A DNA stretch of 24,000 nt from Nanobdella aerobiophila (GTDB lineage Archaea > Nanobdellota > Nanobdellia > Nanobdellales > Nanobdellaceae). Shown here in pieces: positions 7,629 to 16,494 of this stretch. The stretch is taken from assembly GCF_023169545.1 (NCBI RefSeq), contig NZ_AP019769.1:411053-435052 (forward strand), read 5' to 3'. The position numbers and the translations under genes are program-made. Numbering within the stretch: the stretch's first letter is position 1; the number at the start of each line of letters is the position of its first letter. Under the pieces are notes generated by a model. That model saw nothing but the letters and a program-made list of their open reading frames with translations. It made no database searches and had not been told where the DNA came from.

Positions 7629-8678
7629 TTATATCTTTTTAATTTTTGCAATATAAAATCCCTCTGTATCATTATCCCATGGCCATATCCTTACAGTATT
7701 TCTTATATCTTCTAGATTTTCTATCTTATATTTTCCATATTCTTCAATTATTTCTGATTTATTAAGATTTGGTATGTTTATTTTTTCTATTTTTGCATTT
7801 TCTCTCTTTGATAATAAATAATCTACTATAAACTCATTTTCTAATGGTTCTACAGAACATGTTGAATATACTAGTGTCCCTCCTTCTTTTAAATTATCAA
7901 AAGCTTTAATTATTAATTTCTTTTGCAAATAACTCAATCTATTTATAGCATCGTTGCTCCATATTTTTAATGTCTTATATGATTTTCTTATTGCTCCAGT
8001 TCCAGAACATGGTGCATCTAGTAAAATTTTATCGAACTTAATATTTAATCTATCTATTTTTAACCCATCCATCATGGTAACTATTGTATTTATAATACCC
8101 TGCTTTTGTAAATTTTCACCTAAAGCTCTTATTCTATTTATATCAACATCATTTGCTATTATTAATCCCTCATTTTCCATATGCATAGCAATTTGTGTCG
8201 TTTTTGAACCAGGTGCAGCGGCGAGATCTAATATCACATCATCTTTTTTTGGATCCAATGCTATGGGAGGTATCATAGACGCAGCCTCTTGTGGATAATA
8301 ATAACCTAGTTGGAACTCTACAGTATTTCCTATATCCCGTCTATAACCATCTATCCAAAATCCATATTTATAAAATGGTATCCTCTTTATTTCCCAACCA
8401 TAATCTTTCAATCTGGATAATACTTCTTTTGCCGATATGTTTATTTTAAATGGATTTTGCCTTAAATTATATATATTATCTATTTCTTTTGATATATATC
8501 TTAAATTTTCTTCTTTTATTATGCATTTTAGGTTATCATAATTTATGTCGTCTATTAATTTTATTGTATTTATTCTTATAGCTTTCTTTAATAGTCTAAA
8601 GGACCATTCTAAAAATTTATCATAATCTTTGTCTAATAATCTCTTAAAATGCTCTTCAAAGCTTTCTTTTATTTCCAT
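7629..8678 (-). CDS. NOL1/NOP2/Sun-family RNA (cytosine-C5)-methyltransferase, archaeal Trm4/RsmB-like
   Basis: The SAM motif is DLAAAPGSKTT. The catalytic cysteine motifs are DAPCSGTG (motif IV) and LVYSTCS (motif VI). Confidence 0.9.
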   Translation of the reverse strand: MEIKESFEEHFKRLLDKDYDKFLEWSFRLLKKAIRINTIKLIDDINYDNLKCIIKEENLRYISKEIDNIYNLRQNPFKINISAKEVLSRLKDYGWEIKRIPFYKYGFWIDGYRRDIGNTVEFQLGYYYPQEAASMIPPIALDPKKDDVILDLAAAPGSKTTQIAMHMENEGLIIANDVDINRIRALGENLQKQGIINTIVTMMDGLKIDRLNIKFDKILLDAPCSGTGAIRKSYKTLKIWSNDAINRLSYLQKKLIIKAFDNLKEGGTLVYSTCSVEPLENEFIVDYLLSKRENAKIEKINIPNLNKSEIIEEYGKYKIENLEDIRNTVRIWPWDNDTEGFYIAKIKKI

Positions 8679-8728
8679 CAGTCGCTATCTAATCATCATC
8701 ATTCAGGAGCGTAATGCTTCATCATTAA
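8676..8728 (-). ncRNA. C/D box sRNA (2'-O-methylation guide RNA)
   Basis: The minus strand reads AAUGAUGA|AGCAUUACGCUC|CUGA|AUG|AUGAUGA|UUAGAUAGCGA|CUGA|UGG. C box is at 8719-8725, the 12-nt guide at 8707-8718 and D' box at 8703-8706. A 3-nt loop follows, then C' box at 8693-8699, the 11-nt guide at 8682-8692 and D box at 8678-8681. All four boxes match consensus exactly. The RNA ends are approximate. Confidence 0.8.
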
Positions 8729-8735
8729 AAAATAT

Positions 8736-9242
8736 TTATTTTTTATTTACTAAAGCTTCAGTTATAACTTTTTCTGCTTCTAATTTACCCTTAAATTCTT
8801 TTATTTTTACATATTTACCTGGCTCTAATTCCTTGTAATGCTCATAAAAGTGTTTTATTTGGTTTAATATTGCTTCCGGTAGATCTTTTATATCTTTTAT
8901 ACCTGAAAATCTAGGATCTATTTTATCGATTGGGACTGCAATTATTTTTCTATCTGTACCTTTCTCATCTTCTGTAACTAATACTCCTATTGGTCTTGCG
9001 GATATTATAGAGCCTGGGAATAAGATATCATATGATATCACTAATACATCCAATGGATCTCCATCTTCTTCTAGTGTTTCTGGTATAAATCCATAATTAA
9101 ATGGATAAAACATTGCCGTATATAGTATCCTATCTACCCTCATTACTTTCTCTTCTTCATCAAATTCGTATTTTACATTACTTCCCTTTGGAATTTCTAT
9201 AAAAACATTTATATCCTCTGGTGGATTCTTTCCAGCTTTCAT
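8736..9242 (-). CDS. ppa: Inorganic pyrophosphatase (family I)
   Basis: [33 protein letters not shown] and a 168 aa length are typical of archaeal family I PPase. Confidence 0.95.
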   Translation of the reverse strand: MKAGKNPPEDINVFIEIPKGSNVKYEFDEEEKVMRVDRILYTAMFYPFNYGFIPETLEEDGDPLDVLVISYDILFPGSIISARPIGVLVTEDEKGTDRKIIAVPIDKIDPRFSGIKDIKDLPEAILNQIKHFYEHYKELEPGKYVKIKEFKGKLEAEKVITEALVNKK

Positions 9243-9830
9243 ATTTTAAAGTTTTTTATTATTTTTATAAATTTAATATTAGAAAATAAAAATATTTTAA
9301 TATTATATTTGTACTATATAAAAACCTAAATTCAACTAATTTATAACATAATATAATATAATTTTAATATTGATTACAATATTTAACTTTATTTATTACT
9401 ATAGAATCATTAAATAATTAAATATTCCTATATTTTTAGAAAATAATACTCATATCTTTTCTAGAATATTTTATAACTCTTCCAATTTAGCTATATAATT
9501 ATTTCTATTTATTATAGTATGTATAAAGCTAATATATGAAGATGAATAAATTATATATTCATATCTATAATTATGAACTAGATAATCTAGTTCATCCATT
9601 TTTTATAATTTTAATATCTTCTTTTATAATTTCTATAACTTTTTTAACATTGAAATAACCTTCAATATCTTTTGATAGAATTACCTTCTAGACTCTTGAT
9701 TTTTTCATTTAAATCTTATCGTTATTAATTAAAAAATATATTTAAAATATTACCTTATAGTAGTCATATAATTGTTAGATTAATATATAAAATAACTATT
9801 TTTATAAACATATTTATCAAAAGATAGGTA

Positions 9831-10028
9831 ATGGGTAGAATATTACATAGTAAATTTAGAAGATATGCTGATAAGATACTAGACAAATATCAAGATATAT
9901 TTACTAACGATTATAAAAAAAATGTGAAGATACTAAATTTAGTATCTAGAGTACCATCAAAAAGATTGAGGAATAAAGTAGCTGGATATATAACAAAGCA
10001 AATGAAATATAGATCACCAGTATCATGA
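9831..10028 (+). CDS. rps17e: 30S ribosomal protein S17e (eS17)
   Basis: MGRI...KFRRYA..ILDKY.D.FT.DY..N and SKRLRNKVAGYITK match the archaeal S17e consensus at 65 aa. There is a 4-nt ATGA overlap with the downstream alba gene. Confidence 0.9.
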   Translation: MGRILHSKFRRYADKILDKYQDIFTNDYKKNVKILNLVSRVPSKRLRNKVAGYITKQMKYRSPVS

Positions 10029-10312
10029 TGGCAGATCAAATCGTAATATACATAGGAAATAAACCATTTATGAACTATGTAACAGCAGTAGTAATGCAAT
10101 TTACAAGCCAAGATGCAAAAGAAGTTTTAATAAAGGCAAGAGGAAGATTTATAGCAAGAGCAGTAGATGTAGCAGAAGTAGTAAGAAAGAAGTTCCTATC
10201 CGATCAGGTAGATATATCAAAAATAAAAATAGACTCTGAAGAGAGACAAGTAGATCAGGGAGGAAAGAAAAGAAGAGTATCTACAATAGAAATATTATTA
10301 GCAAAGAAGTAA
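10025..10312 (+). CDS. albA: DNA/RNA-binding protein Alba
   Basis: IGNKPFMNYV, IKARGRFIARAVDVAEVVRKKF and RVSTIEILLAKK closely parallel Sso10b/Alba. Confidence 0.95.
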   Translation: MMADQIVIYIGNKPFMNYVTAVVMQFTSQDAKEVLIKARGRFIARAVDVAEVVRKKFLSDQVDISKIKIDSEERQVDQGGKKRRVSTIEILLAKK

Positions 10313-10399
10313 TATTTTTCAGATTTTATTTTTTGAAATATTATTATTTTATAAAAGATTATATATTTTTAAACTGTTTATTAAAAATTAAATAATTAT

Positions 10400-10474
10400 A
10401 GCGGAGTAGGGCAGCTAGGAGTGCCCGGGGGGCTCATAACCCCCAGGTCGGAGGTTCAAATCCTCCCTCCGCTA
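10400..10474 (+). tRNA. Initiator tRNA-Met (anticodon CAU)
   Basis: Acceptor AGCGGAG/CTCCGCT gives an A1:U72 pair. The anticodon stem GGGGG/CCCCC supplies the three consecutive G:C pairs typical of initiators. The loop is CTCATAA, the T arm GGAGG-TTCAAAT-CCTCC and the discriminator A. Confidence 0.88.
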
Positions 10475-10478
10475 AATT

Positions 10479-11819
10479 TTATTGAGGTTTTTGCGATAGA
10501 TATAAATTAAATATATGTTCTAAAGCCTTTTTATTATCATCGAAATCATCTTTTTTATATGATTTAGTGCTTTTTATTATATCTTCTAGATTATATAGTT
10601 TTGTATTTTTAAAGATAATTGATTTATAATCAAAATAATTATTTTCTCCTATAATATCTTTGTATATGTCATCTATAAATTTATTATCATTTGTATCGCT
10701 AGAACATATAACTTCTGACTCTTCTTTTTTACAATATTTAAATATTTTTATCTTTTTTATACTATCTATTAAATCTTTAGTATTTTCTAATAATAAAGAT
10801 TCTAAAGTTTTGCTATTTGTAGGTACTTCTAATCCTGAAGCTATATCTATATAATTTATATCATTTCCACCTCTAGTAATCTGATATAATGCAATATCAG
10901 ATATCGAATATTTATTATCTACTACAGATTTTATTATCAATTCTATCGAAGAAGTTAGTTTATATAAAAATTCATCATATGGTAATTTTACATAAAAATT
11001 ATTTAAATTATCTCTATCAAATTCAAATTTATAATCTAATCCAAGTATATATGAAGGTATTGTTGGATTTTTAACTATATCTGATATTATTAATGCTGAA
11101 AGATTATTTTTTGCAGTTAATATTGGCATTATATACATATCATACGTTCCTTCTTGGTAATATAATATATAGGGATTTTCTTGATAATATGGTTTGCTAA
11201 TGTACCTTAATTCTTTTATATTTTTGTTATTGATAATTAAAGGCATTCCCAATAATAAAGGTACATAATATATTCCATATATATTCTTTTTTAATGCCCT
11301 GTATTTACTTTTTATATCTTTCTCTACGTCTATAGTATGGTCAGCTAAGAATTTAGAGTTATATGGTCTAATCTCGCTTAACTTTATTTTTTCCCCTTTT
11401 TTATTATATAATATTAAAGATTCTGGTAGCTTTCTTCTAAACTTCTCAATATTAATATCCTTTCTTTTGTTACCTATTAAAGTTTCATATAATATTTCAT
11501 CATCTTTTATTCTTATTGAAACCCTAAATTTATCAAAAGTACTACTCACTAATTTTTGATAAAATTCCCCATAATTATTATAAAAATTTTTACCTATTAT
11601 ACCTCTATTTTTTAAACTTTTTAAATATTCTATATTCGGCAAGTATTCAGAGTAAATCTTTGGAAATATATCTTTTTTATCAGTGTATTCAGAACCATTA
11701 TTTCCTATAAAAAAATATGAACAACTATTATATTCTTTATTTATTATCCTTCGAATATAATTTATGTATTCATTAAATGACTTTAGATTACATATTTCAT
11801 CTATTATATTATTATCCAT
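10479..11819 (-). CDS. Uncharacterised protein, paralog A of an unrecognised family (446 aa)
   Basis: A long ORF sharing collinear blocks with the ORF at 12415-13692. YISKPYYQENP is identical in both. SYILGLDYKFEFD aligns with PYILGLSYKFELD. KLPESLIL aligns with KLPESTIL. YQIT..G....IDIASG aligns with YQIT..G....IDIAPG. There is no P-loop, Cys cluster, signal peptide or TM segment. Confidence 0.8.
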   Translation of the reverse strand: MDNNIIDEICNLKSFNEYINYIRRIINKEYNSCSYFFIGNNGSEYTDKKDIFPKIYSEYLPNIEYLKSLKNRGIIGKNFYNNYGEFYQKLVSSTFDKFRVSIRIKDDEILYETLIGNKRKDINIEKFRRKLPESLILYNKKGEKIKLSEIRPYNSKFLADHTIDVEKDIKSKYRALKKNIYGIYYVPLLLGMPLIINNKNIKELRYISKPYYQENPYILYYQEGTYDMYIMPILTAKNNLSALIISDIVKNPTIPSYILGLDYKFEFDRDNLNNFYVKLPYDEFLYKLTSSIELIIKSVVDNKYSISDIALYQITRGGNDINYIDIASGLEVPTNSKTLESLLLENTKDLIDSIKKIKIFKYCKKEESEVICSSDTNDNKFIDDIYKDIIGENNYFDYKSIIFKNTKLYNLEDIIKSTKSYKKDDFDDNKKALEHIFNLYLSQKPQ

Positions 11820-12414
11820 TTAGAAATTTCAATAAAAATATTTATATATATTATTAATATATTACTTATAAAAGAGGAACAAAAATTTTAAGATTTGTAT
11901 AATTTTAATTAATTTTTTATGTGATTTATATATAAAATATTTATAATAAATCTAGCATTTTATCATTGAGTTAATTATTTTTCTTATAATTTTCTATATA
12001 TTATTTTTTTAATTATATAAAATCTATGAGTTATTAACTGGAAATTTTTGTTTTATTCTTATAAAGGAAATAGGTATATATATCTTCTAGATTAATTTCT
12101 TTAATTTTTATATTTAACACACTATTATTTAAGCTATAATTATAAAATAAATTTAACTAGATCTTTTAAATCTCTTAAAACATAAATAGCAAATTTTCTT
12201 TTTACAACCATAGATCAGAATAAAGGAATATGATATATCAGAGTCAAAGACATAGGACTGGATTTGGAATACAGTATAAAGATATGGTTTTATAAAAGGA
12301 AAATATAGTTTTTTCAGTAGAGACTACCGACATTGCAGGCTTAGTATTTTTTCTCTTCTGCTTGCTTTAATAATTTAGTAATAATACATTAAAATATAAT
12401 AGAAAACTTTTGGA

Positions 12415-13692
12415 TTAAAATTGTTTATATTCTTTAGCATATAGTTTATGAATTTTTAATATATTACTTGTTATTTTTTCAAATTCATCTTCATCTAAAG
12501 AATCTACCATATCCATATAACCTTTTATATCAATTCCATTCTTAATTTTTTCTCCTAAATTATATGGTGTTTTTGTGTTGAATATATTATCTTTACAAAC
12601 GATATAATTGTCTTTTATTTCACATCTTTTTAATATTTCAAATTTATCTGCATCTAATAATTCATTATATGCATTTTCTACTAAAGCTTTCAATCCTCCT
12701 TGATTAATTGCAACTCCAAATCCAGGAGCTATATCAATAAAAATTGGTTCCCTCCCATTAAAAGTTATTTGATATGGTCCTACATCTGATGGCACAAATT
12801 TCATATTAATAATAGATTTTAATGTTTTATCTATAAACTCGGTAGCTTTCCCTATAATATTGTCAATTTTTTCTTCTATCTTTATTTTATTTATAGCCTC
12901 TTTATCCAATTCAAATTTATATGATAATCCCAAAATATAAGGTTCAAATGTAGGATGTCTTACTATACTCAGTAAAGTTAGATGACTTAAATAATTTTCT
13001 GATATACTTATTGGTTTTTTAACTATCTCATAAGGACCACCACAACCATAAAATGGGGTTGAAGCAAAGGGGTTCTCCTGATAATATGGCTTACTAATAT
13101 AAAGTATTTTTGGAAAATATTGTTCAAATGATAGAAGTAGATGAACGGCAAATATTGTAGGAATATATATAGGGCCAGTATGATTTTTTTCTATTTTTTT
13201 AATATTTTTTTCTAAATAGATATTAGGGAGTTCTACATAATATCTAAGTTCTGATAATTTCTTTTCCCTTTCATCCTGTGTATTTCCATCTTGTGCTGAA
13301 GTTTTTGTTAAAATCGTAGACTCTGGTAATTTAGTTCTATTTTGTAGTGAAGAAAGATAAATATCGTTTCTTCCCTTAAGAATATCCTTTTCATATATAA
13401 TTTCTTTTTCTGTTTTTGTATGAAAAACCATCAATATTTTTTCAGGATGTTTTTCTAATACTTCAGTAAGATCTCCTGAAAATCTTATCTCTTCAATGAA
13501 ATTTTTATAAAAAGGTAAATATTGTAGTGGCAATATTGATGATTTTGATATTGTAGTAGAATATTCTCGACCTACAGCAAGATAAGAAGCCGATCTAAAA
13601 TCACCGTTTACATATTCTCTAATAAATCGTATATAATTATCATAATTACTAGATTCTTCTAATTTTTTATCTAAATTATCTAAAGCGACCAT
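12415..13692 (-). CDS. Uncharacterised protein, paralog B of the same unrecognised family (425 aa)
   Basis: See paralog A. By eye the two are roughly a quarter to a third identical along the full length, with the same block order. Confidence 0.8.
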   Translation of the reverse strand: MVALDNLDKKLEESSNYDNYIRFIREYVNGDFRSASYLAVGREYSTTISKSSILPLQYLPFYKNFIEEIRFSGDLTEVLEKHPEKILMVFHTKTEKEIIYEKDILKGRNDIYLSSLQNRTKLPESTILTKTSAQDGNTQDEREKKLSELRYYVELPNIYLEKNIKKIEKNHTGPIYIPTIFAVHLLLSFEQYFPKILYISKPYYQENPFASTPFYGCGGPYEIVKKPISISENYLSHLTLLSIVRHPTFEPYILGLSYKFELDKEAINKIKIEEKIDNIIGKATEFIDKTLKSIINMKFVPSDVGPYQITFNGREPIFIDIAPGFGVAINQGGLKALVENAYNELLDADKFEILKRCEIKDNYIVCKDNIFNTKTPYNLGEKIKNGIDIKGYMDMVDSLDEDEFEKITSNILKIHKLYAKEYKQF

Positions 13693-13788
13693 ATTTTGAT
13701 TTATTTATATAAATTTTTTATAAATGTAACTATTTAAGAGTAATATTATATATTTTACTTTTTAAGTATTTAATCAACATTCCTTATT

Positions 13789-14991
13789 ATGTTAATAGGT
13801 CTAACTGGAAAACCAAATGTAGGGAAATCAACAATGTTTAAAGCAATAACATTACAAGATGTTGCAATAGCAAACTATCCATTTACGACAATCGATCCCA
13901 ATAAAGGTTATGGTTTTGTTAAAGTAGAAGATGTAGGTCCTGAATTTAATGTTAAGTCAAATCCGAGAAATGGATTTATAAAAGATAAGTACAGATTCGT
14001 TCCAATAGAAATTATAGATATAGCAGGTTTGGTGCCTGGAGCACATGAAGGTAAGGGGTTGGGTAATAAATTTTTAGATGATGTTAGACAAGCAGATTTA
14101 TTAATACATGTCGTAGATATTTCTGGAAGTACAAATGCAGAAGGTCAATACCTAGGTCCTGGTAATTATGATCCTTCAAATGATATAATATGGTATGAAG
14201 AAGAGATAAATTGGTGGTTTTTTAACATTATAAAAAAGAATTTGGAAAAAAATATAAGAAAAATAAAAAATGAACACTTAGAATTAGATAAAGAATTAGC
14301 AAAGTTAATATCAGGATTAAATATAAAAGAATACCATATATCAAAATCTTTTAAAGATTTAAATATAAATAACGATGATTATGATATATTAGATGATGAT
14401 AACAAACTATTCCAGCTTGCTTCTACTATAAGAAAAAATTCTAAACCAATTATTATCGCTGCAAATAGGATAGATATTAATATAGATATTGCTAAAAATA
14501 ATTTGAAAAAATTAAAAGAAAAGTTTCCAGATAAGATTATTATACCAACTTCAGGTTATGCAGAATTAATATTAAAAGAATTAGACAAAAAAGGTAAAAT
14601 ATATTATATACCGGGAGATAATCATTTTAAAATAATAGGAGATTTAAATGATAAGGAAAAAAAGGCTATAGAATTTATTAAGGAGAAGATATTATTAGAA
14701 TTTAATAGTACCGGAGTTCAAGATATCCTGAACTATTCTGTATTTGATTTATTAAAGTATGTTGCTATATTTCCAGGTGGTATAGATTCATTAGCAGATA
14801 AAGAAGGTAGAATATTGCCAGATTGTTTTTTAATGCCTCCAGGAAGTACAGTGCTAGATTTTGCAAATAGAATTCATTCAGATTTAGCAAAAAACTTTAT
14901 AAAAGCAATAGATGTAAGAACAAAAAAAATGCTAGGTAAAGATTATATATTAAAGAATAGAGATATAATACAAATCATAGCTAATGCATAA
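13789..14991 (+). CDS. Obg-superfamily GTPase, YchF/OLA1- or DRG-related, with C-terminal TGS domain
   Basis: Motifs are G1 GKPNVGKST, G2 YPFTTIDPN, G3 DIAGLV and a G4-like NRID. The C-terminal TGS-like end is GKDYILKNRDIIQI. Confidence 0.85.
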   Translation: MLIGLTGKPNVGKSTMFKAITLQDVAIANYPFTTIDPNKGYGFVKVEDVGPEFNVKSNPRNGFIKDKYRFVPIEIIDIAGLVPGAHEGKGLGNKFLDDVRQADLLIHVVDISGSTNAEGQYLGPGNYDPSNDIIWYEEEINWWFFNIIKKNLEKNIRKIKNEHLELDKELAKLISGLNIKEYHISKSFKDLNINNDDYDILDDDNKLFQLASTIRKNSKPIIIAANRIDINIDIAKNNLKKLKEKFPDKIIIPTSGYAELILKELDKKGKIYYIPGDNHFKIIGDLNDKEKKAIEFIKEKILLEFNSTGVQDILNYSVFDLLKYVAIFPGGIDSLADKEGRILPDCFLMPPGSTVLDFANRIHSDLAKNFIKAIDVRTKKMLGKDYILKNRDIIQIIANA

Positions 14992-15023
14992 ACCTTTATA
15001 AAGTTGCGATAATATTATATAGA

Positions 15024-15221
15024 ATGATTATACCAGTTAGATGCTTTACATGTGGCAGACCAATTGGACATTTATGGGAGAAATATAATGAATTGATAAA
15101 CAGTGGGAAATCTGAAAAAGAAGCTTTAGATTATTTGGGCTTAGAAAGATTTTGTTGTAGGCAAGTATTCTTAGGACATGTAGATCAGATACAATTAATA
15201 GCAAAGTTAAAGAAATTATAA
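15024..15221 (+). CDS. rpoN: DNA-directed RNA polymerase subunit N (Rpo10/Rpb10)
   Basis: MIIPVRCFTCGRPIG and the LERFCCR zinc-binding pattern at 65 aa. Confidence 0.95.
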   Translation: MIIPVRCFTCGRPIGHLWEKYNELINSGKSEKEALDYLGLERFCCRQVFLGHVDQIQLIAKLKKL

Positions 15222-15225
15222 ATAT

Positions 15226-16494
15226 ATGCTTTTTTTAAAATTATTTGGTTATATATTACCAATAATAATATCTATATTTGTAATATACATACTAGTAGGC
15301 ATATACAGATATAATAAAAATTATATTAATTTAGATTCTCATAATTTTGATAAAAATAAAATCTTTATTTTAGTTCCTTTATATAATGAAAAATTAGAGA
15401 ACTTTAAATTACAAATAAATTTGTATAAAAAATATAATATTTTATATATATTAAATGGATCATTAGAACCTTATAAGAGTATTTTAGAAGAAAATAATAT
15501 AAGATACATTTATATAGATGAAAAGAATAAAAAGAAAGCAGTATGGACGGGTTTAGATTATATAAAGAAATTTAACCCAGAATATATATTATTATTAGAT
15601 AGTGATACAATAATAACAGATAAAGACATAATAGAAGGTTTAAATTATATAGAAAAATTTAATATTTCTGCTCTATCCTTTAATATATTATATTATGGAA
15701 ATAATATATATAACGATTTAATCAGTTTAATAAATCAAACATTTATATATATAAACAAAGGCTTTACAGGTAATAATAGATGTCATTTCTTATATGGTCA
15801 GTGTATTCTAGGAAAATTTGGTGATATATATGACGCATATAAATTAATTTCTGAAAAATATATTAATAAAAAATTAGGAGATGACAGATTGTTAGCTTCT
15901 ATATTGATAAATAATAATAAAAAAATATTTTATTTAGATAATAATTATATAATTACCGAAGGAATAAATTCTTTTAATGAATTAATAAAGAAATTTACTA
16001 GATATATGAGATCTTTAATTATTATATCAATAATTGATATTAAAGAAAGGTATATATTTAAAAAATCCATTTTTTATTATTTGTATTTATTTATATCTTT
16101 CTTACCATTAGTATTATATATTTATAACTTCTATACGATTTTAGGATTTATCTTATCATCAAAACATCTTTCCATATATATTGTAAAAGGATTATTTTAT
16201 AAGATATTATATATTAATATTGTCTCTGATATAAGATTTTTATATAATTTAATATTTTATAAAAATTGGATAAGTCATTTATTTAATTATCCGCATATAT
16301 TTGTCCATTTGTTATATATCTTATTTAAATATTTTGTAATATCTTTCTATATGATATCAATATATGCTATATATATAAAATATATCCATAAAAAGAGCCC
16401 TATATTATTATATATGCTTTTTTCTTTTATTTATCCTTTTATTTTGTTTTATTCTTTATTTACTTTTTTTAAGGATGATTGGTTGACAAGATAA
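15226..16494 (+). CDS. Family 2 glycosyltransferase, membrane-integrated, processive synthase-like (NodC / hyaluronan / chitin-synthase type)
   Basis: An N-terminal TM helix is followed by LVPLYNE, LLLDSDT, GDDRLLA (the GEDRxLT equivalent) and KKFTRYMRS where Q(Q/R)xRW is expected. About 150 aa of multi-pass membrane domain follows. Confidence 0.8.
   Translation: MLFLKLFGYILPIIISIFVIYILVGIYRYNKNYINLDSHNFDKNKIFILVPLYNEKLENFKLQINLYKKYNILYILNGSLEPYKSILEENNIRYIYIDEKNKKKAVWTGLDYIKKFNPEYILLLDSDTIITDKDIIEGLNYIEKFNISALSFNILYYGNNIYNDLISLINQTFIYINKGFTGNNRCHFLYGQCILGKFGDIYDAYKLISEKYINKKLGDDRLLASILINNNKKIFYLDNNYIITEGINSFNELIKKFTRYMRSLIIISIIDIKERYIFKKSIFYYLYLFISFLPLVLYIYNFYTILGFILSSKHLSIYIVKGLFYKILYINIVSDIRFLYNLIFYKNWISHLFNYPHIFVHLLYILFKYFVISFYMISIYAIYIKYIHKKSPILLYMLFSFIYPFILFYSLFTFFKDDWLTR

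Noticed and set aside
7954-8298. 114-aa plus-strand ORF lying entirely inside the RNA m5C methyltransferase gene. The similar antisense ORFs are 866-1048, 3615-3854, 5199-5408 and 8629-8838.
   Set aside because: They are antisense shadows of well-supported genes. Their Ile/Phe/Leu/Ser-rich low-complexity translations are typical of the reverse frame of AT-rich coding DNA, and they carry no motifs.
9911-11074. ORFs 9911-10111 (minus), 10660-10854 (plus) and 10889-11074 (plus).
   Set aside because: They lie antisense to S17e/Alba and to paralog A respectively, and have no recognisable features.
10400-13788. Possibility that the paralog pair is an element integrated at tRNA-iMet.
   Set aside because: There is no integrase and no visible direct repeat of the tRNA 3' segment (GGTTCAAATCCTCCCTCCGCT) downstream. 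The composition also looks the same as the rest of the window.
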